Positions 26,743 through 37,917 of a stretch of 40,777 nucleotides of DNA are shown piece after piece. Location of the stretch: the NCBI GenBank assembly GCA_035497155.1, contig DATJDY010000072.1, positions 1-40,777 of the forward strand. The letters run 5' to 3'. The notes beneath the pieces are model-generated. The model saw only the letters and a list, made by a program, of their open reading frames with translations. It searched no databases and was not told the origin of the DNA. The first letter of the stretch is position 1. Every line of letters starts with the position of its first letter. The stretch is from Luteimonas sp. GTDB lineage: Bacteria > Pseudomonadota > Gammaproteobacteria > Xanthomonadales > Xanthomonadaceae. Both the position numbers and the translations under genes were made by a program.

Positions 26743-29090
26743 GGGAGCGGGTCGGGGGAGATTTCGGCGCCACCCGCGTCGGGCGGCGGAACGAGGTAGA
26801 GGTCCTCGCGGTAGTACCCGAGGATAGCACGGCGCAAGCGGCTCTCCGTGTCCGGGCCCGCCGAGCCGAGGCCCTTGAGTTCGACTTCGACCTGCAGCGA
26901 ATTGCCGAGTTCCCCGAGGCGGTTGTGCAGGTACCGCCGGCCGACCAGGCGCACGGCCATGCAGCAGCTGTCCCACTGCACGCCGGCGATCCCTTCCAGC
27001 AGCTGGCTGTCCCTGGTCGAGTAGTAATAGCGGCCGACCAGGCTCCAGGCGGGGGAAATCGGGTACAGGAAATTGAAATCCACCTGCTCGAGCAGGTCGC
27101 GGCGGTAGCGGTAACCGAAGTTGACGATGCCTTCGTCGCCGATGAGGTAGCGGGTGCGGAGGCTGGCGAGGTCCTTGCGGCGGTATTTCGGGTCCCACTG
27201 GTAGGAGCCGCCGATGCTCCAGCGGTCGTTCACGGCGTAGCTCGCATCGGCGACCCAGGCCGACTTGCCCTCGGCCACCGGCGTCTCGCCCGGCACCGTG
27301 ACCTTCGATTCGGAGAAGTACCGGATCTGGCCGAGGCTCACCGACAGCTTCTCGCGCCCGTCGCTCTGGCGCAGCAGGCGCGTGGACACCGCCAGGGTCA
27401 GCTGGTTGGCATCGGTCTGGCGGTCGGCGCCGGTGTAGCGGTTGTCGCGGAACAGCTGGCCCCAGCTGAAGGTCATCGGCCGCGTGTCGAACAGCGGCAG
27501 GCCGGCCTGGTCGCGGTACGGCACGCGCAGGTAGTAGGCGCGCGGTTCCAGCGTCTGCAGGAACGGCGTGCCACCGATGCTCGTGCTGCGGTCGAAGTAC
27601 AGGCCGGCGTCGATCGAGCCGATCGGCAGGCTGCGAGAAGGCTTGTCCTCGCCGAGCTGCGCGGCGAGCGCCTTGTCGAGGTCGTAGCCGGTGTAGCGCC
27701 AGGCGATCTTCGGCGTGAGGAACCAGCTCGCGCCGCCCAGCGGCAGGCTCGCGTACGGCTCCAGGTCGATGCGGCTGCCGCCCGGCTTGTCCGGGTGCTG
27801 GAAGCGCACCGCCTCGGCGTACACGCCCGCCTGCAGCCACGGCTGCAGCGGCTTGTCCCAGTGCAGCCAGGCGCGCGGCAGGCGGTCGTGCGGCAGCACG
27901 TCGTCGGTGAGCGTGTAGTCGGAGAGCTGCTGGTGGTCGGCCATGACCCCGGCGTCCCAGTCCGCGCCATGGCCGTAGATGCCGATGTCGCTGTAGATCG
28001 CGAACGGCGCCAGCCCGTCGATGTTGTTGCTGAAGTCCTCGAGGTAGCGCGGGTCGCTGATCCAGTTGAGGTTGGCGCGCGCCTGCCAGTGCGCGGCCAG
28101 GTCCTGCACGCCCTCGAAGTGGAAGCGCCCGCGGTCGCTGGCGCGCCGGTTCTCGAACGAGTAGCCGCTGGCGAGGAACTCCGCGTCCTCGTCGGCGCGC
28201 TCGCGCTTCGTGAGCCGGTCGGACGGCAGCACTTCGAGCTCGACGGTGCCGCGACCCGTGTCGGTGAGGTAGCGGAACTGGCCGCCGAGCTGGACGCCGC
28301 GCGAGGTCATCAGCCGCGGCGTGATCGTGGCGTCGTAGTTCGGCGCGAGGTTGAGGTAGATCGACTGGCGGTAATCGAAACCGTTGCGGCTCGACGAGCC
28401 GATGCCCGGATACAGCAGCCCGGTGCGGCGGCGGTCGTCGATCGGGAATGCGAACCACGGCACGTACAGCACCGGCACCTTGCCCACGCGCAGGGTCGCG
28501 TCGTGGGCCACGCCCATGCCGGTGTCGGTGTTCACGTCGATGCGCTGCGCGCGCAATTCCCAGCTGCGCGCATCGGGTGGGCAGGTGGAATACGTCGCGC
28601 CGTACAGCACGCCTTCGGCACCGTGCATCTCGATGTGGCTTGCGCCGCCGTTGCCGCGGCGCGAGACGAGCTGGTAGTGCACGTTGCTGATGTCGTGCGT
28701 GTCGCTTTCCTGGTTGCCCTCGGCCTTGTCGGCGACGAGGCGCATGCCGGAGTCCTGGTAACGGACGCGGCCGATGGCGACGTAATGGCCGGTCTCGTTG
28801 TCGTAGGTGAGCTTGTCGGTGCCCAGGAACTGGTCGCCGCGGCGCAACGCGACGTTGCCCTCGAACTGGCGGCTGTCCTCGGTGCCGCTGAGCGTGTCGC
28901 CCTCGATGTCGGTGGGCTGCTCGATGCGGGCGCTGGCCGGCACGGTCGACTTCTGGGCGTCGCTGAACGCGGGCACGGCGTCCTGGACGGGGCAGAGCTT
29001 CCAGGTCTGGGGGCGCTCGTCGGCCGCATGGGCCGCCAGGGAGAAGGCGATGCAGGCCGGCAGTGGCAGCAGTCTAAGGGCTTTGCGCAC
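26739..29090 (-). CDS. lptD: LPS-assembly outer membrane protein LptD
   Basis: YSTCPP, DDRRRTGLL, YLNLAPNYDAT, QTLEPR, QWDSCC, ELKGLG. GTG start (VRKALRLLPLP) chosen by recalled similarity to Xanthomonas LptD. Confidence 0.94.
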   Translation of the reverse strand: MRKALRLLPLPACIAFSLAAHAADERPQTWKLCPVQDAVPAFSDAQKSTVPASARIEQPTDIEGDTLSGTEDSRQFEGNVALRRGDQFLGTDKLTYDNETGHYVAIGRVRYQDSGMRLVADKAEGNQESDTHDISNVHYQLVSRRGNGGASHIEMHGAEGVLYGATYSTCPPDARSWELRAQRIDVNTDTGMGVAHDATLRVGKVPVLYVPWFAFPIDDRRRTGLLYPGIGSSSRNGFDYRQSIYLNLAPNYDATITPRLMTSRGVQLGGQFRYLTDTGRGTVELEVLPSDRLTKRERADEDAEFLASGYSFENRRASDRGRFHFEGVQDLAAHWQARANLNWISDPRYLEDFSNNIDGLAPFAIYSDIGIYGHGADWDAGVMADHQQLSDYTLTDDVLPHDRLPRAWLHWDKPLQPWLQAGVYAEAVRFQHPDKPGGSRIDLEPYASLPLGGASWFLTPKIAWRYTGYDLDKALAAQLGEDKPSRSLPIGSIDAGLYFDRSTSIGGTPFLQTLEPRAYYLRVPYRDQAGLPLFDTRPMTFSWGQLFRDNRYTGADRQTDANQLTLAVSTRLLRQSDGREKLSVSLGQIRYFSESKVTVPGETPVAEGKSAWVADASYAVNDRWSIGGSYQWDPKYRRKDLASLRTRYLIGDEGIVNFGYRYRRDLLEQVDFNFLYPISPAWSLVGRYYYSTRDSQLLEGIAGVQWDSCCMAVRLVGRRYLHNRLGELGNSLQVEVELKGLGSAGPDTESRLRRAILGYYREDLYLVPPPDAGGAEISPDPLP

Positions 29091-29195
29091 TCGGGCGTCC
29101 GGATCAGTCGAAACGACGGCTAGATTGCCGCAACGCCCGTGCAGCGGCAATGCAAGGCGGTCGTGGGGTTCAGGCAACCGGAGCGGATAACGCGG

Positions 29196-29780
29196 TCAGG
29201 CGGCGCCCTGGGGCTCGTTGTGCCGGGCGCCCTTGCGGCGCTCGTGGCGCCAGGTGACCTCGCCGTGGCCGCTGGCGCGCGCCAGGACCCGTGAGAGCAC
29301 GAACAGCAGGTCCGACAGGCGGTTGAGGTAGCGGACCGGCTGCGGACGGACCGTTTCCGCGCGGGACAGCGCCACCGTCTCGCGCTCGGCGCGGCGGACG
29401 ATGGTGCGGGCGAGGTGGCAGCGCGCCGCGGCGTCGCCGCCGCCCGGCAGGATGAATTCGCGCAAGGGCGGCAGTGGCGCGTTGTGCGCGTCCAGGGCCT
29501 GTTCGAGCGCGTCGATGTCGGCGTCGTGGATCGCGGCGTGGCCGGGGATGCACAGTTCGCCGCCAAGATCGAACAACTGGTGCTGCACGGTCGTCAGCAG
29601 CTCGCGCATGTCGTCGGGCACCTCGGACGCGAGCAGCAGGCCGATCGCGCAATTGGCTTCGTCGACGGTGCCGTAGGCGGCGACCCGAAGCGAATCCTTG
29701 CCGACGCGGGTGCCATCGCCGAGGCCGGTGCTGCCGTCGTCGCCGGTACGGGTGTAGATCTTCGAAAGGCGGTTACCCAC
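29196..29780 (-). CDS. pduO: PduO-type ATP:cob(I)alamin adenosyltransferase
   Basis: KIYTRTGDDG.T, YGTVDEAN, FILPGG, RTIVRRAER, YLNRLSDLLF. Confidence 0.92.
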   Translation of the reverse strand: MGNRLSKIYTRTGDDGSTGLGDGTRVGKDSLRVAAYGTVDEANCAIGLLLASEVPDDMRELLTTVQHQLFDLGGELCIPGHAAIHDADIDALEQALDAHNAPLPPLREFILPGGGDAAARCHLARTIVRRAERETVALSRAETVRPQPVRYLNRLSDLLFVLSRVLARASGHGEVTWRHERRKGARHNEPQGAA

Positions 29781-29806
29781 CGCGCGGCGGTCCTGTGTGG
29801 TGCCGC

Positions 29807-30382
29807 TCAGGCCGTCTGCGCGCGCAGTGCCGGCACGCGCCGGCGCAGCAGGGCGAAGCCGCCGAACAGGATCGCGGCGTACGCCAGCGTGCCCAGCACC
29901 GTCCACTGGAAGAACGGGATGCCGGCGACATAGGCGGCGCCGAGGCCGGCCGCGGTCTGCGGATAGAACGGCGAGGCCAGCCAGGCGCCGAAGTTGGTCG
30001 CGACGAAGAACAGCACCGATCCGGCCAGCGAATAGCCGAGCAGGCGCGTGCCCCCGACCTTGCCGCGCAGGCCGAAGCCGAGCACGGTGGAGAGCGCGAT
30101 GCAGGCATAGACCGACCAGAAGCTGATGCCGCCGATGTAGCCCGCGTAACTGCTGCCGAGCATGCCCGCGAGCACCAGGTCCGAGACCAGCATCGCCGCC
30201 AGCGGCACCAGCAGCGCCCAGGCGCGCGAGGCGAAATACGCGCCGCCGAACAACGCGATCGCTTCCACCGGCGAGAAGTTCGGCGGATGCGGCAGCAGCC
30301 GCGAGAGCGCGGCGAGCAGGATCATCACGGCCAGCACCAGCGGGCCCGGGGCGAGGATGGTGTCGGTGGCGGGACGGTTCAT
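29807..30382 (-). CDS. DUF6580-like membrane protein, putative vitamin transporter
   Basis: RLLPHPPNFSPVEAIALFGG, FFVATNFGAW, YVAGIPFF; about six TM helices. Confidence 0.75.
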   Translation of the reverse strand: MNRPATDTILAPGPLVLAVMILLAALSRLLPHPPNFSPVEAIALFGGAYFASRAWALLVPLAAMLVSDLVLAGMLGSSYAGYIGGISFWSVYACIALSTVLGFGLRGKVGGTRLLGYSLAGSVLFFVATNFGAWLASPFYPQTAAGLGAAYVAGIPFFQWTVLGTLAYAAILFGGFALLRRRVPALRAQTA

Positions 30383-30429
30383 CTGCAGGCAGCGTGGGGT
30401 TCGGGCGGAACCGGTAGCATAGCGCAGGC

Positions 30430-31758
30430 ATGGAGACCGACGCGAAAACATCCTCCGGGCAGGCCGCCGCCACGCGTGAAGCCCGCGCGGGGCATGGTTC
30501 GGCTGGCGATGCCGCCTCGCGGCCTGCGCTCGCGTGCCACGATGTCGTGATTATCGGTGGCGGCCTGGTCGGCGCGAGCCTCGCGATCGCCCTCGAGCGC
30601 GTCGGCGTGGACGTGGCGATGGTCGAGGCCGCGCCGGCGGGTTCGCTGCCGGCGGTATTCGACGAGCGCAACCTGAGTTTCGCCGAGGCCACGGTCAACG
30701 CCCTGTCGGCGCTCGGCGTGATGCAGCGCCTGCGCCTGCCGCCTGCGCCGATCCGCCGCATCCACGCCAGCCGCAACGCGGACTTCGGCCGGGTCGTGCT
30801 GGAGGCGGCCGACTACGGCCGCGATTGCTTCGGGCAGGTGGTGGTCGCCAGCGACTTCGGGCAGGCGCTGGAATCGCGCCTTGCGGAATTGCGCGGCTTC
30901 ACCCGTTATCGGCCGGCGCGTTTCCTCGGCTTCGATGGCATGGGCGTGGACGGCACGCAGGGCGATGCGCGCGCGTTGCGCATCGCCGATGCCGACGGCG
31001 AGCGGTGCATCGCCGCGCGCCTCGTGGTCGCCGCCGATGGCACGCGCAGCGGCGTGCGCGCGGCGCTGGGCATCGACGTGCGCGAACACGATTACGGGCA
31101 GGCGTTGTTCGTCGCCCGCCTGCGCGCCGCGCGCGCGCCGGACGGCACCGCCTGGGAGCGTTTCGGCGCGCACGGGCCGACCGCGCTGCTGCCGCGCGGC
31201 GACGGACATTACGGCGTGGTGCACGGCGTCGCGAGCGACGAGGCCGGGGCGGTCGCGGCGCTCGACGACGCGGCGTGGCTGTCGCGATTGCAGCGCGCGT
31301 TCGGCTGGCGCGCGGGCGCGTTCCTCGCGATCGGCCCGCGCAGCGCGCATCCGGCCTTGCGCGTGGTCGCCGACCGCTGCATCGCCCCGCGCGCGGTGCT
31401 GGTCGGCAACGCCGCGCAGACGCTGCATCCGGTCGGCGCGCAGGGTTTCAACCTGGGATTGCGCGATGCGCTGACGCTGGCGGAATTGATCGGCGACGGT
31501 GCAGGCGGCGATCCCGGCGCCGATGCGCTGCTGCAGGCCCATGCGCTGCGGCGTGCTCCGGATCGCGAGCGGACGCTCGCGTTTTCCGATGGCCTGGCGC
31601 GTATCACCGCGGGCGAGGAGCCGCTGCTGCGACCGCTGCGCAGCCTCGGGTTGGCGGCCGTGCAGCGCTTGCCCACGCTGCAGGCGCGGCTGGTCGGCGG
31701 CGCGATGGGATATCGCGGCGACGTGCCGCGCCTGTGCCGCGGGGGAGCCGGCGCATGA
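30430..31758 (+). CDS. ubiH: 2-octaprenyl-6-methoxyphenol hydroxylase UbiH
   Basis: GGGLVG, FDERNL, AADGTRS, GNAAQTLHPVGAQGFNLGLRD (GNAAQ is typical of UbiH). Start is uncertain. Confidence 0.88.
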   Translation: METDAKTSSGQAAATREARAGHGSAGDAASRPALACHDVVIIGGGLVGASLAIALERVGVDVAMVEAAPAGSLPAVFDERNLSFAEATVNALSALGVMQRLRLPPAPIRRIHASRNADFGRVVLEAADYGRDCFGQVVVASDFGQALESRLAELRGFTRYRPARFLGFDGMGVDGTQGDARALRIADADGERCIAARLVVAADGTRSGVRAALGIDVREHDYGQALFVARLRAARAPDGTAWERFGAHGPTALLPRGDGHYGVVHGVASDEAGAVAALDDAAWLSRLQRAFGWRAGAFLAIGPRSAHPALRVVADRCIAPRAVLVGNAAQTLHPVGAQGFNLGLRDALTLAELIGDGAGGDPGADALLQAHALRRAPDRERTLAFSDGLARITAGEEPLLRPLRSLGLAAVQRLPTLQARLVGGAMGYRGDVPRLCRGGAGA

Positions 31759-32936
31759 GCCGGCGCGGCATGGTCGACGCGATCGTGTCCGGCGGCGGCG
31801 TGGTCGGCGCCGCGTGTGCGCTCGCGCTGGCGCGGCGCGGCCTCGAGGTCGCGCTGGTCGAAGGCGCAGCGCCGACGCCGTGGCGCGCGGAAGCGCCCGA
31901 CCTGCGCGTGTATGCGTTCGCCGCGGACAACGCCGCGCTGTTCGAACGCCTCGGCGCGTGGGCGGCGGTGCGCGATGCGCGCGTCCAGCCTTACCGCCGC
32001 ATGCGTGTCTGGGATGCGGCCGGCGGCGGCGAACTCGGTTTCGACGCCGATGCGTTCGGTCGGCGCGAGCTGGGCTGGATCGTCGAGCACGGCTTGCTGC
32101 TGGACCGCCTGTGGTCGCTGCTGCCGGGGGCCGGCGTGCGCGTCCATTGCCCGGCGCGCGTGGCCGCGCTGGAGGACGAAGGCGACGACGGTGTCGCCGT
32201 CGCGCTCGATGATGGCAGCCGCCTGCGCGCGCGCGTCGCGATCGCCGCGGACGGCGCGCGTTCGACGCTGCGCGAGCTCGCGGGCATCGAAGTGGCGCGC
32301 GAGGCTTACGGGCAGCGTGGCGTCGTCGGTTACGTGTCGACGGCGCTGCCGCACGAGGACACCGCGTGGCAGCGGTTCCTGCCCGGCGGGCCGCTGGCGC
32401 TGCTGCCCTTCGCCGATGGCCGGTGCTCGATCGTGTGGACGCTGCCGGAGGACGAAGCCGCGCGCGTCCTCGCGCTGGACGACGACATGTTCGGCCGCGA
32501 ACTCACCCGCGCATCGGACGCGCGCCTGGGCGAACTGCGCGCGGCATCGCCGCGTGCCGCGTTCCCGCTGCAGCGCCAGCTCGCGAGCGACTACCTCCGC
32601 GGGCGCGTGCTCATGCTCGGGGATGCGGCGCACGTGGTGCATCCGCTGGCCGGGCAGGGCGTGAACCTGGGGTTGCGCGACGTCGCGGCGCTGGAGCAAT
32701 CGGTGACGGCGGCGATGGCAACCCGGGCCGACTGGGCATCGCCATCGCGCCTCGCGCGCTGGGCGCGGGCGCGGCGCAGCGAGGACACGCTCGCGGCGCA
32801 CGCGTTCGACGGCATCAACCGCCTGTACACCAGCGATTCGATGGCGGCGGTCCTGCTGCGCGGCCCGCTGCTCGGGGTCGCGGGACGCCTGCCACCCTTG
32901 CCGCGACTGCTCTGGAAGCACGCCGCGGGCATTTGA
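31755..32936 (+). CDS. UbiH/UbiF/UbiI-family FAD-dependent ubiquinone hydroxylase
   Basis: GGGVVG, AADGARS, GDAAHVVHPLAGQGVNLGLRD; ATGA overlap with ubiH. Confidence 0.88.
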   Translation: MSRRGMVDAIVSGGGVVGAACALALARRGLEVALVEGAAPTPWRAEAPDLRVYAFAADNAALFERLGAWAAVRDARVQPYRRMRVWDAAGGGELGFDADAFGRRELGWIVEHGLLLDRLWSLLPGAGVRVHCPARVAALEDEGDDGVAVALDDGSRLRARVAIAADGARSTLRELAGIEVAREAYGQRGVVGYVSTALPHEDTAWQRFLPGGPLALLPFADGRCSIVWTLPEDEAARVLALDDDMFGRELTRASDARLGELRAASPRAAFPLQRQLASDYLRGRVLMLGDAAHVVHPLAGQGVNLGLRDVAALEQSVTAAMATRADWASPSRLARWARARRSEDTLAAHAFDGINRLYTSDSMAAVLLRGPLLGVAGRLPPLPRLLWKHAAGI

Positions 32937-32965
32937 AGCGCTGCGCTGCGCGAATCGCGCGGGCG

Positions 32966-34054
32966 TCAATCCGCCGTCGATCCCCGCGCGCCAGGCTGAA
33001 CGGCCGCGAACACCGTGATTTCCTCGCGGTCGTGGTACAGCTGGCGCGCGCGCAGCACGAGCGGCTTGCCCGCATCGGCCGCGAACTGGTCCAGGCACAA
33101 CCTCGTCTCCAGCCAGCGCTTCTTCATCGGCAGCTTCAGGTTGAAGATCGCGCGCTCGCACCAGCCGTTCGCGAACCACTCGGCCATGCGCGCAGCGACG
33201 CGGCGCGGCTGCTCGACCATGTCGCAGACCATCCAGTCCAGCGGCCGCGAGGGTTGCCAGGCGAAGCCGTCGGCGCGCAGGTGTTCGACCAGGCCGGTGT
33301 CCATCACGTTCTGGCGCAGCGGGCCGTTGTCGATCGCGATGACGCGCAAACCCTGCCGCGCCAGCACCCAGGTCCAGCCGCCGGGCGCGGCGCCGAGGTC
33401 GGCGGCGCGCATGCCGGCGCGCAGCATCCGCGCGCGTTCGCGGTCGTCGAGCAGCGTGAGCAACGCCTCCTCGAGCTTGAGCGCCGAACGCGATGGCGCG
33501 TCCGCATGCATCTTCAGGCGCGGGATGCCGAGCGGCCAGGGCGCGCTGTCGCCGGGATCGGCGCGTGCGGCGATCAGCGCGTCGCCGCCGAGGAAACAGA
33601 TGTGCAGGCGCGGGCGTCGATCGTCCGTCGCTTCCACCAGCAATCCGGCCTTGCGCAGCGCCGGGCGCAAGGCGTTGCCGAAGCTGCGCGCGAGCCCCGA
33701 CAGCGGACGCCCCATGTCCGAGTCGGGATGCTCGACGACGAGGTCGCCGTAGGGCAGGTCGTCGGCGGGCGCGACAGCGAGCGCATCGAGCAGCGGCGCG
33801 AGCCGGTCGCGCGGATCCAGGCCGCGCAGTTCGGCGATGACGCGCAGCTTCTGCCGGGCGAACACCAGCGAACGCCACGGCAACGCCGCGTCGAGCGCCG
33901 CCGCTTCGCTGGTTTCGCAACCGAACAGCACGAAGCCGTCGCCGCGCGAGGCGCGCGCGAACCCCGCGATGCCGGCTTCCGCCGCGCGCTCGCCCAGTTC
34001 GGCCGCCAGCTCGGGCTCGAAGCCCGCGCGGCAGTAACCCAGCAATCCGGCCAT
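32966..34054 (-). CDS. rlmM: 23S rRNA C2498 2'-O-methyltransferase
   Basis: YCRAGFE, APSRSALKLEEA, DLGAAPGGWT, CDMVEQP, FNLKLPMKKR, QLYHDREE. Confidence 0.95.
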   Translation of the reverse strand: MAGLLGYCRAGFEPELAAELGERAAEAGIAGFARASRGDGFVLFGCETSEAAALDAALPWRSLVFARQKLRVIAELRGLDPRDRLAPLLDALAVAPADDLPYGDLVVEHPDSDMGRPLSGLARSFGNALRPALRKAGLLVEATDDRRPRLHICFLGGDALIAARADPGDSAPWPLGIPRLKMHADAPSRSALKLEEALLTLLDDRERARMLRAGMRAADLGAAPGGWTWVLARQGLRVIAIDNGPLRQNVMDTGLVEHLRADGFAWQPSRPLDWMVCDMVEQPRRVAARMAEWFANGWCERAIFNLKLPMKKRWLETRLCLDQFAADAGKPLVLRARQLYHDREEITVFAAVQPGARGSTAD

Positions 34055-34105
34055 CCCCGCCCCCAGGCCCCACGCGCGCCAGGCGCGTCGCGACGCACGT
34101 TCGAA

Positions 34106-34666
34106 TCAGTAGAAGGTGCCGCCCTGTTCGCCGTAGGACTGCAGCACGGCGCAGGCATCGTCGCGCAGGATGTCGCGCGCAACGGCAATGCCGCGCCGCT
34201 CCAGTTCGCCGGTCCAGTCCGCGGGCAGCGGGCCTTCGTCGAACTCGGTGAGTCGCATCACGTCCTCGCTGCGCGCGCCGACCAGCAACCGGTCCACGCC
34301 CGCCCACACGGTGGCACCGTAGCACTGGCAGCAGGGCTGCGCGGACGTCGCGATCGTGAATGCGCCATCCGGCACGTTCAGGCGCGAACGCTGCAGGCGC
34401 TGCTGGGCGAGCATGTAGGCCATGTTCTCGGCGTGCGCGACGGAGCAGGACTGCGGCAGCACGCGGTTCACGCCGATGCTGACGATGCGGTCGTTGCGGT
34501 CGAAGATGGCTGCGCCGAACGGGCCGCCGCTGCGCGCTTCGACGTTGCGGCGCGACAGGTCGATGGCGAGCGCGACCTTGGCTTCGTCGCCCGGATAGGA
34601 GGCGGCGAGCGCGAGGTCGTGGACCCAGACCGGAAGGGTGAGGTGCAGTTGCAGTGGCGGCAGCAT
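34106..34666 (-). CDS. Zinc-dependent nucleoside/nucleobase deaminase (CDA fold)
   Basis: GGPFGA, AHAE, PCCQC, FDEGP. Alternative GTG start at 34675. Confidence 0.88.
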   Translation of the reverse strand: MLPPLQLHLTLPVWVHDLALAASYPGDEAKVALAIDLSRRNVEARSGGPFGAAIFDRNDRIVSIGVNRVLPQSCSVAHAENMAYMLAQQRLQRSRLNVPDGAFTIATSAQPCCQCYGATVWAGVDRLLVGARSEDVMRLTEFDEGPLPADWTGELERRGIAVARDILRDDACAVLQSYGEQGGTFY

Positions 34667-34679
34667 GGTCGACACGGCG

Positions 34680-36412
<1,733 letters not shown>

Positions 36413-36416
<4 letters not shown>

Positions 36417-36829
36417 CGGTGGTACTCCCCCGCCGCTTCCGGCTGGTAGCGCACGCCGAGCACGACCAGGCGCGTGCTGCGGCCGCCGGGCACCGGCCAT
36501 TCGATCGACTGGCCGGCACGCAGGCCGAGCAGGGCGCTGCCGACCGGCGCGAGGATCGAGATCTTGTCGGGGCTGCCGTCGGCGTCGCGCGGGTAGACGA
36601 GGGTCAGCTCGCGCTCCTCGCCGTTCGACTCGTCGCGGAAGCGCGCCGTCGAGTTCATGGTGATCGCGTCCGACGGCATGTCGCGCGGCTCGCGCAGCTC
36701 GGCGCGCGCGAGTTCGTCGCGCAGGGCGTCGAAAGCCGGGCCGGACTGCGCGGGCTGCTCGAGCAGGGTCTCCAGCCGCTCGCAGTCGAGGCGGGAAAGC
36801 ACCAGGGCGGGCTTGGTGTCGTGGGACAT
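36413..36829 (-). CDS. rnk: Regulator of nucleoside diphosphate kinase (GreA/GreB-like)
   Basis: [32 protein letters not shown]. Confidence 0.92.
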
Positions 36830-36902
36830 GGCGGGGCTCCAAAAGCAATGCGGGCGGAGCGTCAGGCGCCCCGCCCACCGGACAACGAAAGATGCAGCCA
36901 AG

Positions 36903-37868
36903 TTAACCCGCGGCCGCGGTGCGATCAACCTTCCCGGCGGTTTCGCGGGACGTCGCCGGGCCTTCGGCGGCGAGCAGCCCGGGCGGGAGGGCGCGGAAGA
37001 CCTCGGCCAGCGCCGGCAGGAAGCTCCCCATCGCCGAACTCCTGCGCCAGGCCATCGCGATCCGGCGGCTGGGCCGGTCCTTGCCGGCGAACGGCAACAG
37101 CGCGATGTCCGGCGAAACCGGCACCGGCGGCTGCACCGCCAGGGCCGGCAGCAGGGTCACGCCGACGTTGGCGGCGACCATCTGGCGCAGGGTTTCCAGG
37201 CTGGTGGCGCGGAATTCGGCCTTCTCGCCGGCGCCGGCCATGCGGCAGACATCCAGCGCCTGGTCGCGCAGGCAGTGGCCGTCCTCGAGCAGCAGCAGGC
37301 GCTCGTCGGCGAGGTCGCCGATCGCGAGCGGATGCTTGCCCGCGAGGCGATGCTGCGCCGGCACCGCGAGCAGGAACGGTTCCTCGAACAGGAACTCGAC
37401 GTGCAGCTGGTCGTCGTGCAGCGGCAGCGCCAGCAGCGCGGCGTCGAGCTTGCCCGCGTGCAGGCGCTCGAGCAGCACCGGCGTCTTCTCCTCGACCAGC
37501 AGCAATTCCAGCCGCGGGAAGCGCTCGCGCACCGCGGCGACGACGTGCGGCAGCAGGTACGGCCCCAGCGTCGGGAAGATGCCCAGGCGCACGCTGCCGG
37601 CTTCCGGGTCCTGGCTGCGGCGCGCGCCTTCCTTCATCTGCGCGACTTCGGCGAGCACGCGCCGCGCGCGCTCGGCCACTTCGCGCCCGGCGGGCGTGAG
37701 CATCACCTTGCGAGGTGCGCGTTCGACCAGGGCCACGCCCAGTTCTTCCTCCAGCTTGCGGATCTGGGTGGAGAGCGTGGGCTGGCTGACGAAGCTCGCG
37801 GCGGCCGCGCGGCCGAAATGGCGATGGTCGGCCAGCGCCACGAGGTACTGGAGGTCGCGCAGGTTCAT
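36903..37868 (-). CDS. oxyR: H2O2-sensing LysR regulator OxyR
   Basis: MNLRDLQY...HFGRAA...SQPTLS; redox cysteines in EDGHCLRDQALDVC; ATSLETLRQMV; downstream of ahpF. Confidence 0.96.
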   Translation of the reverse strand: MNLRDLQYLVALADHRHFGRAAAASFVSQPTLSTQIRKLEEELGVALVERAPRKVMLTPAGREVAERARRVLAEVAQMKEGARRSQDPEAGSVRLGIFPTLGPYLLPHVVAAVRERFPRLELLLVEEKTPVLLERLHAGKLDAALLALPLHDDQLHVEFLFEEPFLLAVPAQHRLAGKHPLAIGDLADERLLLLEDGHCLRDQALDVCRMAGAGEKAEFRATSLETLRQMVAANVGVTLLPALAVQPPVPVSPDIALLPFAGKDRPSRRIAMAWRRSSAMGSFLPALAEVFRALPPGLLAAEGPATSRETAGKVDRTAAAG

Positions 37869-37917
37869 GCGTGCGATGCCGGGCGCGCGCCGTCGGTCGG
37901 AGGCGCGCGCACGTCCG

